64,000 nucleotides of DNA from NCBI GenBank assembly GCA_028716945.1, contig JAQUOT010000001.1, forward strand, positions 283,280 through 347,279, read 5' to 3'. The notes beneath the pieces were generated by a model. The model saw nothing but the letters and a program-made list of their open reading frames with translations. It searched no databases and was not told where the DNA came from. The position numbers and the translations under genes were made by a program. The DNA comes from Candidatus Nanoarchaeia archaeon (GTDB lineage: Archaea; Nanobdellota; Nanobdellia; SCGC-AAA011-G17; JAFCDX01). The first letter of the stretch is position 1. Each line of letters begins with the position of its first letter. This document shows positions 36,611-47,170 of this stretch, piece by piece.

Positions 36611-37353
36611 TGTAACATCGATTTTATTATTTCTGCTCCAGTTTTTATAGTTATGTTTCTTAAATCTAATTTAGGATTTATTTCAACTAAATCAAACCAT
36701 TCCAAATTCTTTAAGAGTTTTAATCTTTTTAAGAAATAAAATAATTGTTGTGTATTTAATCCATTTATTTCAGGATAACCTGTTCCAGGAGCATAAGCAG
36801 GATCTAAAACATCAATATCTAAACTTATATACAAATTAGAGAATTCTCTTGCTTTTTCCATTATTACATCACAAACATCTTCCATATTTGTAAATATTTG
36901 CTCTGGTTTGTAATATTGAATTTTATATTTATTTAAGAAATCTGTTTCTATTTCATTAAAAGCCCTTGTTCCTATTAAAATTATGTTTTCTGGTTTCAAT
37001 ATCCTAGTTTCTACTAGGACTTTTAAAAAATCTTCATGTGTTGGAGGATTAAAATTGTTAACTCCATCTATATGTGCATCAAATATAATTAATCCTGGAT
37101 TTTTCTTTCCTTCTGCAAAAGCTTTGAAAGTAGAATAAGTTATAGAATGGTCTCCTCCAATGAAAATTGTATTTCCTTTAACAGATTTAGCTTTTTCATA
37201 TATACTATTATTAGTTTCTTCTAAATTATTATTAATTATATCAATAGAATCTGCATTTAATTTTAATTCTTTTACTATTAAACCAGGTGCTTCCTCACAA
37301 CCAATATTTTTACCAAGACTTCCTTGAGAAGTTTCTATTTTAATTATATTCAT
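36607..37353 (-). CDS. speB: arginase-family ureohydrolase (agmatinase-like)
   Basis: GGDHSITY, IIFDAHID, SLDIDVLDPAYAPGTG, and DLVEINP metal-ligand motifs. Shorter than usual (248 aa). Confidence 0.7.
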   Translation of the reverse strand: MNIIKIETSQGSLGKNIGCEEAPGLIVKELKLNADSIDIINNNLEETNNSIYEKAKSVKGNTIFIGGDHSITYSTFKAFAEGKKNPGLIIFDAHIDGVNNFNPPTHEDFLKVLVETRILKPENIILIGTRAFNEIETDFLNKYKIQYYKPEQIFTNMEDVCDVIMEKAREFSNLYISLDIDVLDPAYAPGTGYPEINGLNTQQLFYFLKRLKLLKNLEWFDLVEINPKLDLRNITIKTGAEIIKSMLQ

Positions 37354-37360
37354 TTTAGAA

Positions 37361-38488
37361 TTACCGCGTTATGATTAGTTTATCCATTTCTTCCTTTAAT
37401 TTTTTAATTTTTGGTGAATTTAAATGGTCTCTTGCAGGTTCTAGTATTTTTATTAATTTTTGAGCAACTGCATTTTTTAAATCAGAGGGATGTAATTTTC
37501 CTTCTGCAAAATCTTTTTCAAGAGTTGCGTAATCTTTGTAAGTAATATTGCCACCAAATTTATCCAATCTTTTTATTTCTAGTTTTGGAGAAGTTCCTAT
37601 TGCAAAAATAATATATTTACACCAATCTAAAATAGGATTATAACTGATTTCTTTTTCTAAACAAAAGGCCTTATTGATTTTATCTTTAATCTGTTCTTCA
37701 GAATCATCCATGTAAACTGCTGAAGAAGGAATAGATTTACTCATTTTCATTTGAGCCCTAAATTCTTGTAAATTTTCTTTAGAAATTGGCCAGGTAGTAG
37801 GTTTTTGTAATCCTAAAATCAAATGTCCATGAATTGCAATAGGTTTTATCTTTTCTTTTTTCTTATTTAATAAAGGACTAAAATTTAATTTCAATGCAAC
37901 ATCTCTTGCAATAACTTGTGCTTTTCTTTGATCCATTCCTGCATGAGGTAAATTTATTCCTTGTATAAAAATATCTGCTACTTGCATAGGAGGATATATT
38001 AATTTAGCAAAATCCACAGAGTCTCCTTCTGCCCTTCCCATTATAGTTATACTTCTCAAAATTCTAGCCAAACTAGTATTTTTACTAATGTCTATTAAAG
38101 TAGACCAATATAAATCGTTATTATGATATAAATCAGAACCTAAAAGGAATTTCAATTTCTTAGTATCTCCGCCTACACATTTAAACCCAGCCAGAATACA
38201 CTCTTTAAAATAGGCGGCTCCAATTCCCTTAATTACTTTTAAATCTCCGCCAAGTTTGTCATTAATCCAAGAATGCCAATCTGCTAAAAAAATACTGCAA
38301 TCTACTCCTGCATCCATAAGATCTTTTACTTTGGCCATACAAACTAATCCATGACCAATATGTGGTTTATTAGAAATTTCAAAACCAATATAATGTTTTA
38401 ATTTTTCTTTATTTTTTAATAATTGAACTAAATCTTCTTCTCCTAATATCTCTTCAGTATTCCTTTTTATCAATTCGAACCTATCCAT
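37361..38488 (-). CDS. tyrS: tyrosyl-tRNA synthetase (archaeal type)
   Basis: The N-terminus MDRFELIKRNTEEILGEEDL and C-terminus LHPSDLKNAVAQKLIKILEP parallel archaeal TyrRS. HIGH-type PHIGHG and exact KMSKS are present. Confidence 0.88.
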   Translation of the reverse strand: MDRFELIKRNTEEILGEEDLVQLLKNKEKLKHYIGFEISNKPHIGHGLVCMAKVKDLMDAGVDCSIFLADWHSWINDKLGGDLKVIKGIGAAYFKECILAGFKCVGGDTKKLKFLLGSDLYHNNDLYWSTLIDISKNTSLARILRSITIMGRAEGDSVDFAKLIYPPMQVADIFIQGINLPHAGMDQRKAQVIARDVALKLNFSPLLNKKKEKIKPIAIHGHLILGLQKPTTWPISKENLQEFRAQMKMSKSIPSSAVYMDDSEEQIKDKINKAFCLEKEISYNPILDWCKYIIFAIGTSPKLEIKRLDKFGGNITYKDYATLEKDFAEGKLHPSDLKNAVAQKLIKILEPARDHLNSPKIKKLKEEMDKLIITR

Positions 38489-38517
38489 AAAAAACTACAA
38501 ATAAATATAAAATATAA

Positions 38518-38880
38518 ATGTTCCTATTTTGTATGGATAATGACCAATTATTCAATATTTGCTTGTGCCTTAGCCTAATATGTCTTTTAATGCTATCTTT
38601 GTATTGTGAAGACTTGAAATATGACGAATATTCTATTAAAGAGATTAATTCTAAAATGTTAGACCAAAAAGTAAGAATTTCTGGTACTATTACAAGCATT
38701 ACAGAAACGCAAGGATTGTATATTTTAAACATAAAAGAAAATTCGGATAAAATTACTGTTTTAATTTTTAAAAAAGAACCTTTAGATTTAAGAAAAAATT
38801 CTTTTGTAGAAGTTTCTGGAAGCGTTACAGAATATGAAGACCAATTAGAAATAATTGCAAAGAGGATTGAATTAAAATGA
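38518..38880 (+). CDS. membrane-anchored OB-fold protein
   Basis: 120 aa. N-terminal hydrophobic helix, then KVRISGTITSI...VEVSGSVTEYEDQLEI, an OB-fold (tRNA_anti-like) pattern. Confidence 0.5.
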   Translation: MFLFCMDNDQLFNICLCLSLICLLMLSLYCEDLKYDEYSIKEINSKMLDQKVRISGTITSITETQGLYILNIKENSDKITVLIFKKEPLDLRKNSFVEVSGSVTEYEDQLEIIAKRIELK

Positions 38881-40070
38881 TTGAAATAATTATTGCAATG
38901 TTAATTGGAATGGGTTTTGGTATTTTTACTGGAATTTGTCCAGGAGTCCATATAAATTTAGTTACTGTTTTAATAATTTCATTTTCTGCTATGTTATTAG
39001 AAATTGCTAGCCCAATTGTAATAAGTGTTTTTATTATTTCTATGTCAATTGTTCATACATTTACAAATGCCATTCCAGCAATCTTTCTTGGAGCTCCAGA
39101 AGAATCTACAATATTATCGGTTTTACCAGGACATGCTTTATTATTAGAAGGTAGAGGTTATGAAGCAGTAAAATTAACTTTGATTGGTGGATTGCTTGGA
39201 TTAATTGGAGTTATTCTTGTTTTGCCTTTATTAATTATAATAATTCCTTTGGCTTATTCTTTAATAGAAAATATTATTGTTTATATTTTAATTCTAATTT
39301 CTATATTTTTAGTCTTTAGAGATAAACAAAAAGTTTGGGCATTAACCTTTTTCTTAATTTCTGGAGTATTGGGCATTTTAGTTTTAACTTCAAATATAAA
39401 AGATCCTTTATTTCCTTTGTTGTCTGGATTATTTGGAACAAGCGGACTATTAACTAGTTTGAAAGATAAGGTAAATATTCCTAATCAAGAAATAAAAATA
39501 GAAGATTTGCCAAATAAAAGTATTTTCAAATCAGTTGGATCTGGATTATTCGCTAGTTTACTTTGTGGTTTATTACCTGGACTAGGAGGTTCACAAGCAG
39601 CAATTACTGCTTCCAGTTTTTCAAAAGAATGGTCAAGAAGAGAATGGTTGATATTAGTAGGTTCTATAGATTCTATTGTTATGTTTTTATCAATTGTAGG
39701 ACTCTACACTATTAACAAAGCTAGATCTGGTTCAATTGTCGCAATTCAAAAATTATTAAAAGAATTAACTTTGAATGATTTGATTTTGTTTGTTGGAGTT
39801 TCTTTAGTTGTTGGAGCTATTGCCACTTTATTAACAATAGGAATTGCAAAATATGCAGCAACCTTGATGACAAAAATAAATTATCAAGCAACTTGTATTG
39901 CAATAATAATTTTAATTGTGGTTTTATGTTTTATATTATCTGGAGTTTTTGGATTTTGTGTTTTAGTAGTTTCAACTTTAGTTGGAATGTTGCCTGCCTT
40001 TAAAGGTGTTGGAAGAAATCATATGATGGGATGCCTATTGCTCCCAGTAATTTTATTTTTTATACTTTAA
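38877..40070 (+). CDS. TctA/DUF112-family integral membrane protein
   Basis: 397 aa, ~10 TM helices, with repeated G..PG motifs (GIFTGICPGVH; LLCGLLPGLGGSQAA). Confidence 0.6.
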   Translation: MIEIIIAMLIGMGFGIFTGICPGVHINLVTVLIISFSAMLLEIASPIVISVFIISMSIVHTFTNAIPAIFLGAPEESTILSVLPGHALLLEGRGYEAVKLTLIGGLLGLIGVILVLPLLIIIIPLAYSLIENIIVYILILISIFLVFRDKQKVWALTFFLISGVLGILVLTSNIKDPLFPLLSGLFGTSGLLTSLKDKVNIPNQEIKIEDLPNKSIFKSVGSGLFASLLCGLLPGLGGSQAAITASSFSKEWSRREWLILVGSIDSIVMFLSIVGLYTINKARSGSIVAIQKLLKELTLNDLILFVGVSLVVGAIATLLTIGIAKYAATLMTKINYQATCIAIIILIVVLCFILSGVFGFCVLVVSTLVGMLPAFKGVGRNHMMGCLLLPVILFFIL

Positions 40071-40610
40071 AATCCTCGATAAGTAAATACAATTAATTAT
40101 TTGTATGATTCCCATTGTAACAAATAAAACTTTAAAAGATAAAAAAGTAACAATTAATCCGCCAATTAATATGGCTATTCCATTGGTTATTCTTGCTTCT
40201 CCTCCTGCCAATCCCCAAGAAGAACATTCTTTGTTTTTATCTTCAAATTTAGCAAATAAGGCATTCCAAGTAGGCATGGTTAATGCTACAGACATTCCTA
40301 ATCCAATTTGTACTAAAAATAAATGCCAAGGTTTAGAAACAAATAAATAAGATATTACAAAAGTCGCATTTAATAAATAACCCATTAACATTATTTTTTC
40401 TCTTCCAATCCAATTATTGTGATCCGATATTTTTCCAAATAAAATAACCAAAAATCCTGTAACCATTAAATAAATAGCCCATGCCCAAGAAATATCTAAA
40501 ACACTTCCACCAATATTTTGAGCAAAAACAGCAAATAAAGGACCTAACATTCCTTCAGCTAACATCCATAAATTATTACTATAAAGAAGTACCCTCAATT
40601 TTTTATTCAT
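40053..40610 (-). CDS. half-size (6-TM) MFS-like transporter
   Basis: 185 aa with six hydrophobic helices and an MFS-like loop (GKISDHNNWIGREK). Only one 6-TM half is present. Confidence 0.5.
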   Translation of the reverse strand: MNKKLRVLLYSNNLWMLAEGMLGPLFAVFAQNIGGSVLDISWAWAIYLMVTGFLVILFGKISDHNNWIGREKIMLMGYLLNATFVISYLFVSKPWHLFLVQIGLGMSVALTMPTWNALFAKFEDKNKECSSWGLAGGEARITNGIAILIGGLIVTFLSFKVLFVTMGIIQIINCIYLSRILKYKK

Positions 40611-40721
40611 AAATTTTATATTAAAAGTAGGTATTTAAACCTTTTTATGAAGATTCTTGAATTTTAATTGTGGTTTTCTATTAAATAAATATTTAAATAA
40701 ACAATTCTTTTTTAGTTTATA

Positions 40722-41231
40722 ATGAAAAAACAATATAAAACAAATTGTTTTGGTCAAAAGTTTACTTCTTTAGAAGACTTAATAGAAGGTAAAAAGAAAT
40801 ATAAACCAATAAATTCGCTTCCTAAAAAACCTTATTCAAGAGATATTTTCTGTCATTATTTTGGTGAAATTAAAGGGGGTTGTGGGGAAAAAGGATTAAA
40901 TATTGCATTCGGTATATTAAGAGAAGATTATAAAGAAGAAAGTATTTTTTCTATTACAAGTATACATTATGATAGAAAAACTAAGAAAATATTCGATATA
41001 ATTAAAATAAGAAAAAGAAAAAATAATGAAAAATTTATAAATGAAGAGCTTGCTTCTGAGAAAAAGCAGTATAATGAAAGCAGTGATAAAACAGAATATC
41101 CAAAGAAATTTTATGCAAAATATTTATGTCATATGTTAGAAGGGAGTCTTTTTAATATTGCTGTTTCATATGAAATTATGAAAAATGCAGGCAGTAGGCA
41201 AGAATCTCCTTATATTTGGGAAAGAATTTAA
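40722..41231 (+). CDS. hypothetical protein
   Basis: 169-aa ORF. No family recognised. Confidence 0.4.
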   Translation: MKKQYKTNCFGQKFTSLEDLIEGKKKYKPINSLPKKPYSRDIFCHYFGEIKGGCGEKGLNIAFGILREDYKEESIFSITSIHYDRKTKKIFDIIKIRKRKNNEKFINEELASEKKQYNESSDKTEYPKKFYAKYLCHMLEGSLFNIAVSYEIMKNAGSRQESPYIWERI

Positions 41232-41237
41232 ATATTT

Positions 41238-44200
41238 CTAACCAAACCATCTGCCAAGTCCTTCTTGTTTTTCCTTTTCTTTTCCAAACATACTTTCAAT
41301 TCTCTGTTTTGTGAGTTCTAAATCTTGAATTAAGTATGGAGGTAGTTCGTATTTTTCTGCTAAGCTCATACTTGGACCTAAATATTTTGTTATAGATCCT
41401 TCAGATATTGTAAAAATAATTTTTCCATTGCATTTTGTACAAGTTCCTTTTAATGGAGGTCTTCTAAACTTTTCATTACAATTTACACATCTAAATTCTT
41501 GCTGTGAGAATTTTCTTAAATTACCTTTAATGTCTCTAATAAAATGTCTATCAATTATTAATTTTGCTACGTCTACTTCGTCTACAGCTCTTATTTTTTC
41601 TGCTAATTCCATTTGTCCAAAAACTTTTTCTTCCATACTTGGAATTGTTTTATACACAGAACAATGTACTCCTGCATTAATATCTGAAGTATCATGAGTA
41701 AAACCAAGTCCCTCATATTGTTCTGGTTTATTTAATCTAGATCTAAATGTCTCAATCAATTTAAAATCTGCAGGTTTGGTATAATTCATAGCGGCTTCAT
41801 AAAATTCTAAAGGATATTTGAAAGCAGTATCCATATTGAATACCATATCATCAACTTCTGCAGGAACAATTATAGAAGATAAAATAATTGGTTCGTCTTG
41901 TGTTGCTCCTCTTTTACTAGATAATAATTTTCTTGAAAAATTCAATAAAGCATCCATTATCAACATAACTCCCGCTTCATCTCCATCACAATCCCTTCTC
42001 ATTGCACTATGTAATAAAGGATGAGCATAGAATCCTTGAGTCTTTGAAAATCCGATAATTCTTGCTACAATTCCTGCCGCAGTATGTGGGCTTAAACTAA
42101 TAACTAAATGTCCAACTAAATCTTTTTTAGATTTTAAATTATAGAATTTTTCTTCTCCATAAAGTTTTACAAGTAAATCATCTAAAAAATTAGCAACCCT
42201 ATATAATATCATATCTGCTCCTTCTTCTAAAGATTCTGGACTTGAAGGTAAGATAACATCTTGACATTTTAATTCAAGTATTTGTTCTTCGTTTTCTAAA
42301 TCTTTTCCATAAACATCTTTTTCATATCCAAGTTCTTTTAATTTTTCTATAGAAGTTCCAATTTCTTTTGGTTTGAAGTGAGTTATAGTTGCTTCAGTCA
42401 TATCATATCTAGTAGTTCCATCTTTGTTAACATAGATATTATGTAAAGCCCTTAAAATTCCTTTTATTAAATGTTCTGGAATACGTTGTTCATTTAACGC
42501 CCCTCTAACTCCTTTGATTAATTGTGGTGCTTCAGCTAATTTTAATTTTTCTAAAGCATTATCAAAATAGTGTTTTATATCAATTGGTTTTGTTTTGTAC
42601 ATAAAACATTTATGTGGATTTCCTTCTTGGTCTTTTTTCATACATTGTTTATCTAATTTTCCACAAAGAGTACATTCCCATATTTCTCTAGTTTTATTAT
42701 TACAAACTTCACAATTTGGATATATTGTTTCTTTTTGACATTTATCACAATAATAATTTGGAAAATCTCCTGTAATTCTTCCTAATTCTAAAGCTGCTTG
42801 AAAACATCTTAATCTTCCTCCTTCTTCTCCAACAGGAAATAAAGTATGTGGACTTCCTGTCATTTTTCTCATTTTAGATTTTTCAGGACGACCCATTCTA
42901 GAACCAATAAAATAACCAGATTTGTCTCTTATTTTTACTTCTGAAAGCTTATTTATAATTTCTAAATTATCTAATTCTTTACTCTTTTCTATCTTTTTAT
43001 GAATTGTATCATAATCAAAATCTTTTGTATAAAATCCTAAACTTATTTTGAAAGCATCTGCCCAATCATTTTCTATAATAACATACTCTTTAGCAGAAAC
43101 TTTGTGTGGAACTCCAAGTACTTCTAGAACTCTTTTTGGATCTATTCCAGAAATATCTTTTTTAATATCATATTGTAAAGGAAAAATTATTCTATCTTTT
43201 TTAATTACTGCGGTTTTTAACCAATCTAACAAACTTAGTAATTGTTCAACTTTTATGTCTTTCCAATGATAAGTATATCTCGGATGTAAAGGAATTTTGT
43301 AATCTCTAGAAATATTTATGGCTTCTTGAGCAGAAATCTTTTCTTTTATAGGATTAGATAAAAGTTTAGTATATTTTTCTTTGTCTTTTTCTTTTAATTC
43401 TTTTTCTAATTCTAAGGCCCACCACTCTTCACAATATCCTGCAGGCAATAACATATGTGATCTATCTAAGAAATCTCCATAATTAACTAAAATATCTCCT
43501 AAGAAAATAATTTCTTCTATCTCACTTAAAACTTGTCTCGCATGTTCTTCATTTTCTATAAATATTACAGAACCATCTTTTAATTTTACAATCGGTCCTT
43601 CTATAGAATCACAAGAAGCTAAAGTAGTAGATTTACCAGGCCTTTCAGTTCTTAATTGTGTTCCAATTGCAATATAATTTTTTAAAACCGCCATTGTTGA
43701 TGGGCATATTGCATCTGAAGAAAATCCAGAAACTCTTGATCTTCCATATCTTAATCTAAATGTTCCTGTCCTTAGAGGATATCCTAATATTGGACGTCCT
43801 GCAACCAAGTCTTTAATATAAGTAAAATCTGGTTTTACTAATACTCCTTCTTTTGATATTACTGCTTTACCTGCTTTAATTTTCTTTTGTAAATCAACAA
43901 ACTGTTCTGCAAATATCCAATGTTCCATTCCAAACTCTTTATTCCATTTAGAAAATTTTCCCCAGAATTTAGCTAATTTTTGGGATAAACCTTCTGCCAT
44001 AACCAAACAATAACCACTTCTTAATTTATTTGCTTTAATTCTTTCTAAATCTTTATAATTTGGAACTTCAATTTCTTCTGAAGGGTCTCCATCAATTTGT
44101 ATAGGTAAGTTTTTTGTTAAAAATTCTATTTCTTGTTCCGAAGGTAAATATTGTAAATTAGTAATTCTATCATGGAAATAATGTATTTCTGAAGAAGCTC

Positions 44201-44765
44201 TTTTAATTTCTTCTTGAGTAGGATCATAAACATCATAACCCAATTTCATTCTTACATAATCTGCCAGCCCAATAAATGCACAGCTTGCAGTTGTTCCTGC
44301 AGATCTAATTGGCCCAGAAAAGTATAAACATAAATATTCTTTTCCATCTTTTCTTTTTTTAGCTTCTAGTTTTACAAAACCTTCTAAAGGAGAAGAAACA
44401 ACCCCGTTAGTTAAATAAGCAAGTCCAAGTCTTAAACCAACTTCTATAGCTTCTAATTTATTTTTAAATTTACAGAATTTTTCTTGTGCTACTTCTTCTG
44501 CTGCTTTGAAAGCAACTCTCCAATCCTGCAATCCATATTCTTTTTCAAGTTCTTTTATTCTTTCTATTATTCCAGAATTAATGATTTGAGGAGCTACAAC
44601 AGAAACCAAACCAATTACACGTTCTGACATATCTTTTGTTAAAGGAATACTTACTTCTAAATCAGGATCATAACCTTTAGCTCTTGCTAAATTTGCTTTT
44701 TTATAAGCTTCCTGAATACCTAAATTTATATTCTCAAAGTATTTTTTTATGTTTTCTTCGCTCAT
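41238..44765 (-). CDS. dp2: DNA polymerase II (PolD) large subunit DP2
   Basis: ~1175 aa. Typical start MSEENIKKYF...AKGYDP, multiple Cys4 zinc modules, and a C-terminal CxxC...CxxC. Start set at the ATG at 44765, which overlaps the DP1 stop (ATGA). The ORF-track extension to 44921 runs inside DP1. Confidence 0.93.
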   Translation of the reverse strand: MSEENIKKYFENINLGIQEAYKKANLARAKGYDPDLEVSIPLTKDMSERVIGLVSVVAPQIINSGIIERIKELEKEYGLQDWRVAFKAAEEVAQEKFCKFKNKLEAIEVGLRLGLAYLTNGVVSSPLEGFVKLEAKKRKDGKEYLCLYFSGPIRSAGTTASCAFIGLADYVRMKLGYDVYDPTQEEIKRASSEIHYFHDRITNLQYLPSEQEIEFLTKNLPIQIDGDPSEEIEVPNYKDLERIKANKLRSGYCLVMAEGLSQKLAKFWGKFSKWNKEFGMEHWIFAEQFVDLQKKIKAGKAVISKEGVLVKPDFTYIKDLVAGRPILGYPLRTGTFRLRYGRSRVSGFSSDAICPSTMAVLKNYIAIGTQLRTERPGKSTTLASCDSIEGPIVKLKDGSVIFIENEEHARQVLSEIEEIIFLGDILVNYGDFLDRSHMLLPAGYCEEWWALELEKELKEKDKEKYTKLLSNPIKEKISAQEAINISRDYKIPLHPRYTYHWKDIKVEQLLSLLDWLKTAVIKKDRIIFPLQYDIKKDISGIDPKRVLEVLGVPHKVSAKEYVIIENDWADAFKISLGFYTKDFDYDTIHKKIEKSKELDNLEIINKLSEVKIRDKSGYFIGSRMGRPEKSKMRKMTGSPHTLFPVGEEGGRLRCFQAALELGRITGDFPNYYCDKCQKETIYPNCEVCNNKTREIWECTLCGKLDKQCMKKDQEGNPHKCFMYKTKPIDIKHYFDNALEKLKLAEAPQLIKGVRGALNEQRIPEHLIKGILRALHNIYVNKDGTTRYDMTEATITHFKPKEIGTSIEKLKELGYEKDVYGKDLENEEQILELKCQDVILPSSPESLEEGADMILYRVANFLDDLLVKLYGEEKFYNLKSKKDLVGHLVISLSPHTAAGIVARIIGFSKTQGFYAHPLLHSAMRRDCDGDEAGVMLIMDALLNFSRKLLSSKRGATQDEPIILSSIIVPAEVDDMVFNMDTAFKYPLEFYEAAMNYTKPADFKLIETFRSRLNKPEQYEGLGFTHDTSDINAGVHCSVYKTIPSMEEKVFGQMELAEKIRAVDEVDVAKLIIDRHFIRDIKGNLRKFSQQEFRCVNCNEKFRRPPLKGTCTKCNGKIIFTISEGSITKYLGPSMSLAEKYELPPYLIQDLELTKQRIESMFGKEKEKQEGLGRWFG

Positions 44766-46402
44766 TTTGCAAAACTCATTATTTTTATTTCTCTTGTTTT
44801 TAGATTTACGGCGATTGCCTTGCTGGGATCTGGAATAATTCCTCTTCTTTCCATATCTGCGGTTTGTGATGCCCAGCAAGAGCAATTTAAGCAGGTAATA
44901 TTTTTGTAATTTGTAACACAAATTTTATGTAAATGCCCTGTTACAAAAAAATCAGGAACTCTATCTATAACTAAAGAATCTTGTGTTGGATCTGGAATGT
45001 ATAAATTAGAAGTGTGTGTTGGAGCCAAATGTCTTCTTTGTAATAAAAATTTCATAATCAAATCTATTCTTTCTTGTCCACCGTTTGTCCTTATACTTTG
45101 AACTTCATTAGCATAAAAAGGAAAACTGTATCCATGATATAATAAAACATCAAATCCAGAAAAATTTGCTGAGGCATGGATATTTACTACAGAAGGATTA
45201 GTAACCATAGTTATATTAGGTAAATCATAAAGTGCTTTAGCTAATTTTTTATCAAAAATAGGTTGTGGTTCTGCAATCCTTAAAGCATCGTGATTTCCTC
45301 CACAAACAATTATTTTTATTTCCTTTGGTATTTTTGCTAGTTGCGAAGCAAGATATTCGTATTGTTTGTATATATCTTTTATTTCTAAATCTTGTTCTTG
45401 TCCAGGATAAACACCTACTCCTTCCACTAAATCTCCTACTATAAATAAATATTTTATTTTTGAGGCAAGTTCTTTTTGTTCTTTGGTGCCAAATTCTTTA
45501 TTTAAAAAAGAAATAAATCTTGAAAAATCTTCTGCTAAGAATTGTTTTAAACCTAAATGTACGTCTCCTATAAAAACTGAATAAACATCATCTTCACATT
45601 TCTTTATTTTTAAATCTAAAGGTATATCTGGTAAGAATAATTCATTAACAAAAATTATATTTTGGTCAAGAACACCCTTAATACCTATTACTTCATCAAG
45701 AACTATATCCTCAGCAATATCATTAAGCTCTTTTCTATTTTTGTTTATAAGTACATTTATTGTTCCAGTAGTATCTTCTAATAATAAAATTGTATTTTTA
45801 TTTTTTGTTTTAAGTTTATTAGAAACTACTCCAATTAAAGAAACCTCTTTCTTTTCTGTAGGATTTCTTAATTTTTGTATAGAAACTGTATTTTGTAATT
45901 CAATATGGTTCATTAAAATCTTTTTTAAAGATTCATACCTAGATCTAAAATAATAAACAAAGTCTTTTAATTCTCTTTTTTTTGTTGTTTCTTTATAACC
46001 TTTTAAGATTAAAATATTAGATTCTAGTTCTTTTTCAGGCTCTATTGACTTTTCAGGTTTTATTTCTTCTGTTAAATCTGGAAGTTTATCAGAGAATTCT
46101 GCTTTTAATATTTTTAAAAAACTTCCATATATTTCTTTGTCTTGTCCTTTTTCACTAGAAACTTTTGCCTTTTCAAATTCTATCCAATTCACCAATAATT
46201 CTTTTTTATTTTCTTTTGTTAGTAAATTTAACAAATCTTGATTGAAAATTGTTGGTTTGTTTTGATTTTGTAAATTAAATTGTTGAATAACAGAAATAAA
46301 ACTCTCGTCGATATTCTTGGCATTTAGTATATCTGGACTTGGAAGATAATTATTTTTTATAAAAAGTTCTATTAATTGTTTTTTTAAAAAGAGGTCTTCC
46401 AT
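44762..46402 (-). CDS. dp1: DNA polymerase II (PolD) small subunit DP1 (Mre11-like exonuclease)
   Basis: 546 aa. OB region followed by calcineurin-like phosphoesterase motifs (IGDVHLG, VGDLVEG, GGNHD, GHLH). Confidence 0.92.
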   Translation of the reverse strand: MEDLFLKKQLIELFIKNNYLPSPDILNAKNIDESFISVIQQFNLQNQNKPTIFNQDLLNLLTKENKKELLVNWIEFEKAKVSSEKGQDKEIYGSFLKILKAEFSDKLPDLTEEIKPEKSIEPEKELESNILILKGYKETTKKRELKDFVYYFRSRYESLKKILMNHIELQNTVSIQKLRNPTEKKEVSLIGVVSNKLKTKNKNTILLLEDTTGTINVLINKNRKELNDIAEDIVLDEVIGIKGVLDQNIIFVNELFLPDIPLDLKIKKCEDDVYSVFIGDVHLGLKQFLAEDFSRFISFLNKEFGTKEQKELASKIKYLFIVGDLVEGVGVYPGQEQDLEIKDIYKQYEYLASQLAKIPKEIKIIVCGGNHDALRIAEPQPIFDKKLAKALYDLPNITMVTNPSVVNIHASANFSGFDVLLYHGYSFPFYANEVQSIRTNGGQERIDLIMKFLLQRRHLAPTHTSNLYIPDPTQDSLVIDRVPDFFVTGHLHKICVTNYKNITCLNCSCWASQTADMERRGIIPDPSKAIAVNLKTREIKIMSFAK

Positions 46403-46630
46403 ATTCCATTCTCAGCAGAAAAAGTATTTTGTTTTGTTTGATTATAAACATTATTATAATACAAAATAGAAACTAAAATCTATATGATAATTTTACAGAA
46501 ACTATATTAAAAAGTTCGTATAAGAATTACTGGGTTCATATAAGAATAGGTTTTTCATGAAAAAAATAAAAATGTTTATAAACAAGTTCAATCTCCAAAA
46601 AAACTCGCGGAGAAAAAGGGGAATGAAATT

Positions 46631-47170
46631 ATGACAACACAAGAACTTGATTTGATTCAGGTTTTCAGGAGCGTTCTAGGACATCAACAACCAATTTATG
46701 AGATAAAATCTAAATTCATTAATATTCTAAAAGACCAAAGTTCACTTTCAACACAAATTTCAAAAGAAGAATGTAGTTGGATGATTCATAATATTGATTG
46801 CATAGAAAATATTATCAATTCTAAAAAAGCAGTTGCAGTTCTTTGGTATTTGCATAAATACAAAGAAAGTTACATACAACATATTGCAAGATGTCTAAGA
46901 AGTTATACTGCTCCAGTAAGATACTGGGTAGATAGTTACAAACAGCTTTGGCTTGTTGAAGAAAGACAATCTACTTTTAGAAAAGATAAGATCTATTACC
47001 ATTTAAACCACCAGCAATACCCAAACATAATTGGTATCTTTGTTACTTTAATTAAAGAAAAGTATGGTGAAGAGTTTTTGGATAATATGGTAAGGCCAAA
47101 TTTAAGTAGTAATAACACAATTGAAGACAAGCAATACAATGCAATAAGAAAAATAAGAAATTCTAATTAA
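46631..47170 (+). CDS. hypothetical protein (possible winged helix)
   Basis: 179-aa ORF with an SD-like GGAGAAAAAGGGG upstream. Confidence 0.45.
   Translation: MTTQELDLIQVFRSVLGHQQPIYEIKSKFINILKDQSSLSTQISKEECSWMIHNIDCIENIINSKKAVAVLWYLHKYKESYIQHIARCLRSYTAPVRYWVDSYKQLWLVEERQSTFRKDKIYYHLNHQQYPNIIGIFVTLIKEKYGEEFLDNMVRPNLSSNNTIEDKQYNAIRKIRNSN

Noticed and set aside
41428-43269. Antisense ORFs inside DP2 (41428..41697, 41818..42024, 43048..43269), and 45741..45953 inside DP1
   Set aside because: These are shadow ORFs opposite conserved polymerase genes, with no start signals.
44766-44921. N-terminal ORF extensions proposed by the ORF track (DP2 to 44921, FEN1 to 5673, Hef to 33512, Dam to 15676, paralog B to 3413)
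   Set aside because: The extensions are not homologous to the respective families. They overlap upstream genes or promoters, and internal ATGs give canonical N-termini with ATGA coupling or correct TATA spacing.
46557-46634. 25-aa basic upstream ORF overlapping the ATG at 46631 (ATGA)
   Set aside because: It is too short and compositionally trivial to support from sequence alone. The region is equally well explained as promoter/SD sequence.
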